Shown here piece after piece: positions 19,930 to 28,783 of a stretch of 64,000 nt of DNA. A model generated the notes under the pieces. The model searched no databases and was not told the origin of the DNA. It saw only the letters and a list, made by a program, of their open reading frames with translations. Source of the stretch: Nanobdellota archaeon. GTDB lineage: Archaea; Nanobdellota; Nanobdellia; Parvarchaeales; Parvarchaeaceae. The stretch lies in contig JAJZNK010000025.1 of NCBI GenBank assembly GCA_021811735.1, forward strand, positions 4,718 to 68,717, given 5' to 3'. Both the position numbers and the translations under genes were made by a program. Numbering within the stretch: the first letter of the stretch is position 1; every line of letters begins with the position of its first letter.

Positions 19930-20958
19930 ATGAATTCATTAACAGTTAGTGTCATAGGCCCATATAGATCAGGAAAGTCTACACTTGTAAATAAGCTCCA
20001 GCAGAAAAAAGGAGCTGAAGAGGATGTTTCATTCTTTTTTTTTAAGTATGGCGGGAAGAATGTTACGCTTATAGACACTCCTGGGGATATGGATAATCCA
20101 GCAGTCCTGGCCTCTGTTCTTACGATTTCGGATGCTATAATATTCTGTGTCTCGCCTGAAAATGGTGTTAACTTACAGGTTGGTGAACAGATAATAATGG
20201 CTAACGCGGCGGGAATAAAACAAGGTATGATATGTATAACTAAGGCAGATATATCTACAGCTGATGAGTTAGCCAAACTTAAAAATAATCTTTCGGCCAT
20301 AATCAAGAATACAAATTTAGAAAATTTTGATATAATGGTTGTTGATATAAACAATGATCAGAGTATGGCAGATATAAGGGCAAAAGTTTCCACGTTTCCA
20401 TATGATAGTGGGAAGATTAGTAACTCGTTTAAAATTTTGATTGATCATGCATTTGAATCAAAAGGGATGTCAGTAGCAGTAGGAGTAATGCCGACAGGCA
20501 AAATAGGTATACATTCAGAAGGCATGATAGTCCCGGATCCTTTTACGAAAGAGATTTCCATAAATTCGATACAGATTAACCAGGAAGATGTGAGTTCAGC
20601 TGAGGCGGGCGACAGAGTGGGCGTTGCAATAAAGGGAGTATGGCCTTGGGATCTTCCAAGAGGTGTCGAAATAAGGAAAAAGGGCACTTATAAAGATATA
20701 AAGGAAGGAGAACTGTCTGTTGACGTGATCCCACTCTACAAACAGGAATTAAAGGATGATATAAAATTAAATCTCATATGCAACTGGCAGAACGTTGTAC
20801 TTACACTAAGTAGTTTAAAGCGCGATGGTAACAAGGTTACAGCACATTTCAATGCCGATAAGAATTTCTGTTTCGATCAAAATGACAAGATGCTTCTGAT
20901 AAATAAGGATCTACCGATAAGGTTCCTCCGCGTCATAGGTAAACCAGTGATAATCTAA
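19930..20958 (+). CDS. EF-Tu/SelB-like translational-type GTPase paralog with atypical P-loop
   Basis: G1 GPYRSGKST, G3 DTPG, G4 TKAD, then a domain-II-like beta barrel (AEAGDRVGVAIKGV). Only 342 aa. Confidence 0.6.
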   Translation: MNSLTVSVIGPYRSGKSTLVNKLQQKKGAEEDVSFFFFKYGGKNVTLIDTPGDMDNPAVLASVLTISDAIIFCVSPENGVNLQVGEQIIMANAAGIKQGMICITKADISTADELAKLKNNLSAIIKNTNLENFDIMVVDINNDQSMADIRAKVSTFPYDSGKISNSFKILIDHAFESKGMSVAVGVMPTGKIGIHSEGMIVPDPFTKEISINSIQINQEDVSSAEAGDRVGVAIKGVWPWDLPRGVEIRKKGTYKDIKEGELSVDVIPLYKQELKDDIKLNLICNWQNVVLTLSSLKRDGNKVTAHFNADKNFCFDQNDKMLLINKDLPIRFLRVIGKPVII

Positions 20959-21024
20959 TTTCAAGGTTTATTTATAATCAATTGGACATATTATCCCGTT
21001 GTGGCTTAAGGAGGCGCAATCCGA

Positions 21025-21675
21025 TTACCCCAAAAGAATATTTTCTGTTATTGCCGACGGCATACCTTTTATTTTTTCCATTTCAAAATCGGTTTCTTTC
21101 AGAAGCAGCTCAAGGAATAGTTTTTCTGCATCTTCTTTCTTTATTTTTCCCTCTGTTAGATCTTGGCTTATTTCTCTGTAACGTACCGAATCTATCATCT
21201 GGAAATTTTCATATTTCTTTATGTAAGCCCGAGCTTCGTAAGCGTAGTCTTTTTCCGGATCAATCTTTATCATCGATCTCCATAGGTTAACTTCCCTCTC
21301 AGCTGTTTCCTTGCTGTCAGACGCATGTACGAGGTTTATACCCTTTGTAGTTCCATATCTCCCTCTTATGGAAGAAATATCTGCCTTCTCGCACATTGTC
21401 TTTCCTAGCAAATTCCTGACTTTTTCCGTTATATTTTCTCCACTGGCAATTATTATAGCAAGTTCGGTATAGCTCATAAAATTAATTAAATTATCATAAA
21501 AGAATTTTCCTTTATGTTCTCCATAGTGTTTGTCGGCTAGGAAACTTTTATCCGGTTTGTTTATACCGAAAAATTTTATCTCTGCTCCCAACCCCAATAT
21601 GCTTTTTAGTGCTCTTGCGCCGGAATATCTTCTAACCATTCCATCGGGTTTTATCAAAATAAGCATTTCTTCCAT
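21025..21675 (-). CDS. ndk: nucleoside diphosphate kinase with C-terminal extension
   Basis: LILIKPDG, RGRYG and NLVHASD motifs. 216 aa, versus roughly 150 aa for typical Ndk as I recall. Confidence 0.8.
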   Translation of the reverse strand: MEEMLILIKPDGMVRRYSGARALKSILGLGAEIKFFGINKPDKSFLADKHYGEHKGKFFYDNLINFMSYTELAIIIASGENITEKVRNLLGKTMCEKADISSIRGRYGTTKGINLVHASDSKETAEREVNLWRSMIKIDPEKDYAYEARAYIKKYENFQMIDSVRYREISQDLTEGKIKKEDAEKLFLELLLKETDFEMEKIKGMPSAITENILLG

Positions 21676-21856
21676 ATGATACTATTTCTAAGCAGAAACT
21701 GAAATATAAGTCTATCTTTTTTGTTTTCTAATAAGCAATTTCCACGCCCCGTTTTTATAATTTATGATGAGTCACCTTGTTGAACGTGAAATAATTTCAA
21801 ATAGGTAAATTTATTAGTCTAAAACAATTATTAAAATACAAATAGAGGGCAAATAT

Positions 21857-23569
21857 ATGAAATCACCAATATGCGCATTTTTAGGACATGTCGACGCAGG
21901 TAAAACCAGTATAATGGATGCTATAAGGTACACGATGTCTGCGTATAAGGAAAGTGGCGGGCTCACTCAGAATATAGGAATCACTGAAATTCCGACTAAC
22001 CGGATAAACGAGATAGCAGAGGACTTACTTAAGAAATTTAGCATAGATATAAAGGTTCCAAGTATAATTTTTATCGACTCACCAGGTCACGAAGCTTTCG
22101 TCACACTGAGGGAGAGAGGAGCTTCGATAGCAGATATAGTCATTCTTACCGTTGACGTAACCGAAGGAATACAAAACCAAACGATAGAATCGATAGAGAT
22201 ACTCAAGTCATACAAGACTCCCTTCATCGTCGCATTGACGAAGATAGACAATATAAGGGGTTTTTATAAGGTTTCAAAATCCTCGTTTTTGGACTTTATT
22301 TCAAAGCAAGGGAGTGATTATTCGCAAATGCTTGATGAAAAAACATACAAGCTCATAACCGATTTGTCATTGTATAATTTCCAGGCAGAAAGATACGATA
22401 GGATAAAAGATTTCACAAAAGAAGTTGCAATAGTTCCACTGTCTGCTGTAAATGGAATAGGGATAAAAGACCTTATAGTCATGCTTATTGGGCTGAGTCA
22501 AAAATACTTGGAACTTAGCAAGCAAGAGGGAAGCAGTGCCGCTATCCTAGAGGAGAAGAACGTCAAAGGGCTGGGAAAGGTGTATGATGCAATAGTTTAT
22601 TCTGGTAAGTTGAAAACAGGAGATGCCGTTATAGTAAACACTGCCGAAGGGCCTTTGGAAAACAAAATTAAAGGGATAATGCGTCTCGCACCACTTGAGG
22701 AAAGCAGGGAGAACTTCGGAAAGTACGAGAGCCTGCAGGAGGTAGAGGCGACAACTCCAATAAGACTGACATTACAGGAGCCTAATGCAATGATAGGTAC
22801 ATCAATAAACGTTTTTTCATCTGAGGAAGAAAAACAGAATTTATTGAACAGAATGAAAGAAGACACGAGTTACAATAACGATAAGAGTAAGGGATTAGTA
22901 ATCTGTGCAGATTCTTTAGGTAGTATCGACGCGATAAGAAACATAGCGCAGTCTTCGAATATTCTTATCGGTAAAACCAAGGTGGGAGAACCGTCTAAAA
23001 ACGATATCACAACTGCAAGTGTCAACGGTGGTGTGATCCTATGTTTCAATGTTCCTGTTTCAAAACAGACAGAAACCATAGCAGACGATTATTCTGTCAA
23101 GATTATAAGCTCCAAGTCGATTTATACTCTTTTTGATCTTTACGGCCAGTTCCAGCGCGAGTTTAAGAGCATGGATCTGGAAAAGAGAAAGGAAAGACTG
23201 AGACTCCCTTCAAAATTCATATTCTTAAAAGGAAACATATTCAGGAGGTCCGGGCCCTGCGTTTTTGGCATCGAAGTAATAGCCGGAGAGATACGACCGA
23301 ATTATCCTGTTATAAATTCCAAAGGAGAAAGGGTGGGCAGGATAATAGACATACAATCTGACAAGTCAAAACTTTCAAGCGCTGTAAAAGGGGATAAAAT
23401 TGCAATAAGCATCGACAACGCCGTTTACGGAAGAAATCTGTTTGAGGGGGACGTTCTTTACACCGATATCGAACTACCGGACATAATAAAGTTCGATGAT
23501 CTTTCAGCAGACTTGTCAGAAGATTATACTGAGGCTATTTCAGAGACTAGAAAAATAAAAAGACTTTAG
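21857..23569 (+). CDS. infB: translation initiation factor aIF5B (IF-2 family GTPase)
   Basis: PICAFLGHVDAGKTSIMDAIR, DSPGHEAF and TKID motifs. 570 aa. Confidence 0.9.
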   Translation: MKSPICAFLGHVDAGKTSIMDAIRYTMSAYKESGGLTQNIGITEIPTNRINEIAEDLLKKFSIDIKVPSIIFIDSPGHEAFVTLRERGASIADIVILTVDVTEGIQNQTIESIEILKSYKTPFIVALTKIDNIRGFYKVSKSSFLDFISKQGSDYSQMLDEKTYKLITDLSLYNFQAERYDRIKDFTKEVAIVPLSAVNGIGIKDLIVMLIGLSQKYLELSKQEGSSAAILEEKNVKGLGKVYDAIVYSGKLKTGDAVIVNTAEGPLENKIKGIMRLAPLEESRENFGKYESLQEVEATTPIRLTLQEPNAMIGTSINVFSSEEEKQNLLNRMKEDTSYNNDKSKGLVICADSLGSIDAIRNIAQSSNILIGKTKVGEPSKNDITTASVNGGVILCFNVPVSKQTETIADDYSVKIISSKSIYTLFDLYGQFQREFKSMDLEKRKERLRLPSKFIFLKGNIFRRSGPCVFGIEVIAGEIRPNYPVINSKGERVGRIIDIQSDKSKLSSAVKGDKIAISIDNAVYGRNLFEGDVLYTDIELPDIIKFDDLSADLSEDYTEAISETRKIKRL

Positions 23570-24387
23570 GGCCAGTTTTTTATGGCCGTTTCGTAAAGAT
23601 CCATACTGTCGCATGGCAGCCATTTTCCAGAGTATATAAATCCGTTTATTACTTTTTTCTCTGCAACTTGCTCAAAAATTCTAGAAATATTTGATTCTCC
23701 TTGTGGAAGTAAACTAAGAAAAGAAGGGTTTATAACGTATATACCTGCATTTACAAGATGAGATACCTGCTCTGTTTTCGGTTTTTCTATGAATTTTACA
23801 ATCTTGTTTCCCTCCATTTCGACAACCCCAAACTGGGAGATATCGTCTCGTGGCACGAGAGCTAAGGTTACAAGTGGCTTTTCTTTCTTATGAAACTCAT
23901 ATATTTTATTAAGATCAAAGTCAAACAGGTTGTCACCATTTAACACTAAAAAATCGTCATGAAACAAATTTTGGTTCTTTTTTATTGCTCCTCCAGTTCC
24001 CAGAGGACTTGTTTCTTCAGAGTATCTTATCCTTACTCCGAATTTACTGCCATCTCCAAAGTATTCATGTATTTTGCTTCCAAGGTATCCAACAGATATG
24101 ATTATATCCAGAAAATCTGCTTTTTTCAGCTGTTCAATTATATGTTCAAGAATCGGCCTACCGTTCACAGGCATCATGGGTTTGGGCATCTCATAAGTAA
24201 GCGGTCTTAGTCTGGTTCCAGATCCTCCTGCGAGTATAAATGCAATCTTACTTTTGACAGGTTCAAAGTGTTCCTTTATTATTCTTTCTATTGCTATCGA
24301 TCTATTTGGAATATTTATCCCATCTACAGTTTTGTCTATTTTCTCAAGGGTTTTTCTGTTTATGGTTATTGTTACCCTATCTTTCAT
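23566..24387 (-). CDS. sugar-1-phosphate nucleotidyltransferase with N-terminal ribbon-helix-helix-like domain (paralog 1)
   Basis: N-terminal MKDRVTITINRKTLEKIDKTVDGINIPNRSIAIERIIKEHF (beta strand plus two helices), then AFILAGGSGTRLRPLTYEMPKPMMPV (NTP-transferase G-loop). Its stop codon overlaps the infB stop. Confidence 0.75.
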   Translation of the reverse strand: MKDRVTITINRKTLEKIDKTVDGINIPNRSIAIERIIKEHFEPVKSKIAFILAGGSGTRLRPLTYEMPKPMMPVNGRPILEHIIEQLKKADFLDIIISVGYLGSKIHEYFGDGSKFGVRIRYSEETSPLGTGGAIKKNQNLFHDDFLVLNGDNLFDFDLNKIYEFHKKEKPLVTLALVPRDDISQFGVVEMEGNKIVKFIEKPKTEQVSHLVNAGIYVINPSFLSLLPQGESNISRIFEQVAEKKVINGFIYSGKWLPCDSMDLYETAIKNWP

Positions 24388-24585
24388 ACAAATTCATACA
24401 TAGTATTACTTATAAATCTTATCTCCTCTATTAATCAAGATTTTCATTACTACTTTGTCGACATTGTGCGCGGGGTCACAATAAGTATCGATGATACCCA
24501 TATCGATAAAAAAGTTTAATAGGCTACCATCAACTTCCTTTTGATTATTCTAAGATGTTACTGGAAGCAATGGGATAACAATGTT

Positions 24586-25404
24586 TTAAGGCCAGTTTTT
24601 TATGGCTTTCTCATATAAGTTCATGTTGTCGCATGGCAGCCATTTCCCAGAGTATATGAATCCATCTATGACTTTCTCGTCCACGACCTGCTCAAATATT
24701 TTTGATATATTTGATTCTCCCTGTGGCAAGAAACTCAGAAACGCTGGATTTAAGACGTACACTCCAGCATTTACCAAATGTGAGACTTGTTTAGTCTTTG
24801 GCTTTTCTATGAATCTTACTATTTTGTTTCCTTCCATCTCTACGACGCCGAACTGCGATACATCATCTTGTGAGACCAGAGCAATGGTGGCAAGTGGTTT
24901 GTTCTTTCTGTGGAATTCATATATCTTATTCAAGTTAAAGTCGAAAAGGTTGTCTCCGTTCACGACTATGAAATCGTCATGAAACAAATTTTGGCTCTTT
25001 TTTATCGCACCACCAGTATCCAACAGGCTAGTATCAGAGTATCTTATCCTTACTCCGAATTTACTGCCATCTCCAAAGTATTCATGTATTTTGCTTCCAA
25101 GGTATCCAACAGATATGATTATATCCAGAAAATCTGCTTTTTTCAGCTGTTCAATTATATGTTCAAGAATCGGCCTACCGTTCACAGGCATCATGGGTTT
25201 GGGTATCTCATAGGTAAATGGCCTTAGTCTGGTTCCAGATCCTCCTGCGAGTATAAATGCAATCTTACTTTTGACAGGTTCAAAGTGTTCCTTTACTATC
25301 TCCTCTATTGCTATGGATCGGTTAGGTACATTTACTCCATCAATAATCTTGTCTATTTTTTCTAGGGTTTTTTTGTTGATAGTTATGGTAATTTTATCTT
25401 TCAT
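24586..25404 (-). CDS. sugar-1-phosphate nucleotidyltransferase with N-terminal ribbon-helix-helix-like domain (paralog 2)
   Basis: Same architecture as 23566-24387. 272 aa. LAGGSGTRLRPFTYEIPKPMMPV. Confidence 0.75.
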   Translation of the reverse strand: MKDKITITINKKTLEKIDKIIDGVNVPNRSIAIEEIVKEHFEPVKSKIAFILAGGSGTRLRPFTYEIPKPMMPVNGRPILEHIIEQLKKADFLDIIISVGYLGSKIHEYFGDGSKFGVRIRYSDTSLLDTGGAIKKSQNLFHDDFIVVNGDNLFDFNLNKIYEFHRKNKPLATIALVSQDDVSQFGVVEMEGNKIVRFIEKPKTKQVSHLVNAGVYVLNPAFLSFLPQGESNISKIFEQVVDEKVIDGFIYSGKWLPCDNMNLYEKAIKNWP

Positions 25405-25444
25405 ATGAATTCATGTGAAGTATTACTTTATAAAATTATATTGC

Positions 25445-26584
25445 TCATTTTTCCAGTGCCTTTGACACGGCCGCATCGAAATTTTTAATAAATCTGTTTT
25501 CATCATATCTTTCTGAATTGATAGCTCCTTTTGCAAGTCTAAGATATAGTTTCTTGTCAGATACTCTTTTCAAGGCATCTGCAATGTGAGTTTCATCGGC
25601 GTTTACTAACAAGCCATTTTTCTCGTTTATTATAAATTCTTTGGGCCCACCTTCATTTACTGCTATTACTGGTTTTCCATAGGCAAGGGATTCTAAAGGA
25701 GTTAACCCTGTATCTTCGTTTATAGCGAGAAATAACGTTACATAACAGCTATTGTAAAGTCTATTCAATTCGTTCTCTGTAAGGTTGTCCTTCACTATAA
25801 TATTTTTGTTTTCCATGCTTTTTATCTGCTGGAAATATTTTTGGTCCTCTACAAATCCTGCTATCACTAGTTTGAAACCATCTTTAGCTAGTTCAGAGCG
25901 TTCAAATGCCTTGATAGCAAGATCCTGTCGTTTGTATTTTATGAATCTACTTGGATAGAATATTATTTTTTCAGGAGTTCGTTTTACGTTCTTAATCTTA
26001 TAATTTGCATACGGACCCAAATTGAATATTCTCTTTTTTTGTATCAACTGGTAGTTTACAAGTCGTTTTTTTACTTCCTCACTGAGAACAAATGCGTAAT
26101 CTATTCTCTTCCATGCCAGTTTTTCAAGCCTCTTGTATAGTGGTATCGTCATTGGCAACAAAATACGGTTTCTCTTATTTTCGTCTCTATAATAACCATA
26201 CATTGTATGCGCAACTCTCAAAGGAGTATGACATAACGCTATCGTTTTTTTATGTTGATTTCTGAATGTTATAAACTCCGATACACCTGCAGTGGATATC
26301 ATAAATATATCATATTTGTTAATAGATTTTATCTTTGTTAATATCAGTCTTGTAAAAAGTCCAATTCCTCGCCCTATAAATCCCTTCGGCTCGGATTTGT
26401 TTAGTTGTATTACTCTGTAATTTTTAAATTCTGCAAAGGTTTTATCTCTGTCATAGAATAATGTGTAAATATCAAACTGATATTTTTTATTCTCCAGTAA
26501 CTTTAGGATAATCCTTTCGATACCCCCTTTACTTTTTATCCATGGTACAAAAAGTGCTATTCTTATTTCTCTACTGTCTTCCAT
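25445..26584 (-). CDS. GT-B glycosyltransferase (GT4-like)
   Basis: C-terminal EDTGLTPLESLAYGKPVIAVNEGGPKEFI matches the GT4/GT1 E-x7-E region. 379 aa. Confidence 0.8.
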   Translation of the reverse strand: MEDSREIRIALFVPWIKSKGGIERIILKLLENKKYQFDIYTLFYDRDKTFAEFKNYRVIQLNKSEPKGFIGRGIGLFTRLILTKIKSINKYDIFMISTAGVSEFITFRNQHKKTIALCHTPLRVAHTMYGYYRDENKRNRILLPMTIPLYKRLEKLAWKRIDYAFVLSEEVKKRLVNYQLIQKKRIFNLGPYANYKIKNVKRTPEKIIFYPSRFIKYKRQDLAIKAFERSELAKDGFKLVIAGFVEDQKYFQQIKSMENKNIIVKDNLTENELNRLYNSCYVTLFLAINEDTGLTPLESLAYGKPVIAVNEGGPKEFIINEKNGLLVNADETHIADALKRVSDKKLYLRLAKGAINSERYDENRFIKNFDAAVSKALEK

Positions 26585-26621
26585 TTAATATTTAATACTT
26601 TGAGGACCAATATTAACATTT

Positions 26622-27317
26622 ATGTCAATAAAAAAGGCACAATATTCAACCGAATATGTGATAGTCGTTGGCATCGGCATTGCAATAATAGCGTCCTTCT
26701 TAGTATATGCAATGCTTTTCTACGGTTCGTTTGCCTCAAGCTCCTCTGCCAATCAAATGATAACTATTGCAAATTCCCTTGCAAAAGAAGCCAACTATGT
26801 CGCTTTTCAAGGAGAGGGCTCAGTTCAGACTTTTCCTATAACTATACCTTTATTAGACCCACGACATTCGTTTTTCTGCGGTAATATAATAAAGCTACAG
26901 ACCTCCGCACAACTTGGAATTGCACAATCTGCAGAAAATATATCGGGTATGTTGCCTTTATCAAGTGGTTCATACACAGCATTTGTAAAGGCAACAAGCA
27001 ATCAGGTAATAGTAGGTTTAAGATTCGCAATTTCCTTGATAGAACAGTCATATAGTATTTCTTCTAATACTCTTTACTATTCACTTTCATTTTTTAATTA
27101 TTCCGATAAACCTGTGATAACTACCCAGTCCTTCAATATTAGCCTTTTTTCGACTAGTGGTGAGTATATAACTAGCGCAACTAGTTCTACGCCAGCCTCG
27201 TCTCCGAGCCAGATATCAGGAAGCCTGACATTGCCATCTTCTCCCACGGCAGAATATGTTGTAGAGATTTATCCATCAAATTCTGGTGATTATTCCTCAA
27301 CATGCATAAATACATGA
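26622..27317 (+). CDS. type IV pilin-like protein (class III signal peptide)
   Basis: MSIKKAQ-YSTEYVIVVGIGIAIIASFLVYAML: basic leader, A-Q, then a hydrophobic helix. The mature part is S/T-rich with 2 Cys. Confidence 0.6.
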   Translation: MSIKKAQYSTEYVIVVGIGIAIIASFLVYAMLFYGSFASSSSANQMITIANSLAKEANYVAFQGEGSVQTFPITIPLLDPRHSFFCGNIIKLQTSAQLGIAQSAENISGMLPLSSGSYTAFVKATSNQVIVGLRFAISLIEQSYSISSNTLYYSLSFFNYSDKPVITTQSFNISLFSTSGEYITSATSSTPASSPSQISGSLTLPSSPTAEYVVEIYPSNSGDYSSTCINT

Positions 27318-27399
27318 AGATTTCAAAGAATACGCAGAATTAATATCGTAGCATAAAGTTACTATAATATTTATAAACATCGTCTCCTTTATTTTATTC

Positions 27400-28623
27400 A
27401 TGCGAGCCAATCAGCATGATAAAGATAATTCCACAGCATTCTTGATGACTAAAACAGGCCAGTCAGCCTTAGAGTATATGATGACGTATGGTTGGGCAAT
27501 ACTGATTATAGTCATCGTAGCAGTAATCCTCTACAGTATGGGCATATTCAGTCCATCATCAAGCGTATCTTTCACAAGCTCAGGCTTCTCCCCTTTCACA
27601 GTCTCATCAGCAGTATGCAGCCAGGCAGGATTGAATCTGGAGATAACAGCAGGAGGTTTACCAAATAATGCCGTTTCGGCTACAATCACAAAAATATATT
27701 TTCAGTCAAACACTGGAACTACCGCCAAATTAAAAGAATATACTCCTTTATCTGCAGTGACAGTATCCGCCGGCAATTCCGCAGAAATAATTATTCCAAC
27801 CGTTGCATGTAATTCTGCAGGAACTACTTTTTCTTTATCGTCAAAACTCCAATACAGCTATTCAACGGCAGCGGGTAATGTTGTAATTAATGCAACAGGA
27901 GTAATATCTGGAAAATCTTCCACACCATTGGTGGGGAATTTTACAAATTCCAGCTATGTAACTTTACAAAACTCTACTTCATTGTATAATATATGGCACG
28001 GTGGTAATCATTATACTCTTTCCCTCTGGGTAAACCTAAAAAAAGTATACTCTTCATGCACTACCTTCTCTACGCCAAATTCAAATACTTGCAATTCATT
28101 TATACAAGAACAACAGGGTTGCACGTCAGGGTTAATACACTCTCCTCTGAATACAACGGGATACAATGTGCAAGTTGCAGAGTGGAATGGCACAAGTGGT
28201 TGTTCAGCAGGAGCATCGCAGTTTAGTTCTCCTGCTTTGTATGTGCCTTATAATAGATGGAAATTGATAACTGGTGTTCTAAACGAGGTAAGCGCCAATG
28301 ATTATACATTAACAGTTTGCGTAGATGCTCAGTGCGTCAGTAGCGCCACTTTCTCTGCTAATTCCTTTCCTAATATATACACAGATGCGTTTACTTTTAT
28401 TGTGGGAACCTATCAATTAAGTGGTAAAGCCGCTGACGTTCAGATATATAACGCATCGCTGTCACAATCCCAGATACAGATGTTATATAATCAGGGAATC
28501 GATAGTCAGCCGATTTTGACAAATAATCTAGTGGCTTGGCTTCCCCTAAATGGAAATGGTTACGATTATAGTGGAAATGGAAATACTGGTGGCTTAAATT
28601 CTATAGTGTTTACTCAATCTTAG
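27400..28623 (+). CDS. type IV pilin-like protein with C-terminal LamG/concanavalin-like lectin domain
   Basis: ..MTKTGQ-SALEYMMTYGWAILIIVIVAVILYSMGIF. The C-terminal pattern LSLWVNLKK ... GKAADVQIYNASLSQSQIQMLYNQGI is typical of LamG-type jelly rolls. Start is either ATG 27400 (about 25-30 nt after tatttata, so leaderless-like) or ATG 27445. Confidence 0.65.
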   Translation: MRANQHDKDNSTAFLMTKTGQSALEYMMTYGWAILIIVIVAVILYSMGIFSPSSSVSFTSSGFSPFTVSSAVCSQAGLNLEITAGGLPNNAVSATITKIYFQSNTGTTAKLKEYTPLSAVTVSAGNSAEIIIPTVACNSAGTTFSLSSKLQYSYSTAAGNVVINATGVISGKSSTPLVGNFTNSSYVTLQNSTSLYNIWHGGNHYTLSLWVNLKKVYSSCTTFSTPNSNTCNSFIQEQQGCTSGLIHSPLNTTGYNVQVAEWNGTSGCSAGASQFSSPALYVPYNRWKLITGVLNEVSANDYTLTVCVDAQCVSSATFSANSFPNIYTDAFTFIVGTYQLSGKAADVQIYNASLSQSQIQMLYNQGIDSQPILTNNLVAWLPLNGNGYDYSGNGNTGGLNSIVFTQS

Positions 28624-28783
28624 GCTGAAAGATCACATCACTTTTTTGTGTGTAATTTGTATCTTTGATTACATAATTTTAGAGCATAACTGAATAGACT
28701 TGGACATCTCTACCCATAAATGCTAGAATGATACCAATTAATTAAGGGCATGTATTTAGAATGCTTTAATTGTCTAAGCTTGT

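Larger units (their letters stand above)
23566..25444. repeat. tandem duplication, unit about 1,020 bp (gene plus leader), with an internal perfect-identity tract
   Basis: Hand alignment: 24017-24186 is identical to 25034-25203 (170/170). Then 5 mismatches in 19 nt, then 73 identical nt. The flanks are clearly diverged and include a 3-nt indel. Confidence 0.85.

Noticed and set aside
21757-21800. C/D-box sRNA candidate (atgatga upstream of infB)
   Set aside because: A C-box-like heptamer is present but no D box (CUGA) at a suitable distance and no terminal stem. It is more likely part of the promoter region.
27455-27550. Diversity-generating retroelement (template/variable repeat) explanation for the duplicated pilin N-terminal segment
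   Set aside because: The differences between the two copies are not adenine-specific. The repeat covers the conserved signal/TM part rather than a C-terminal variable region. No reverse transcriptase is present in the window.
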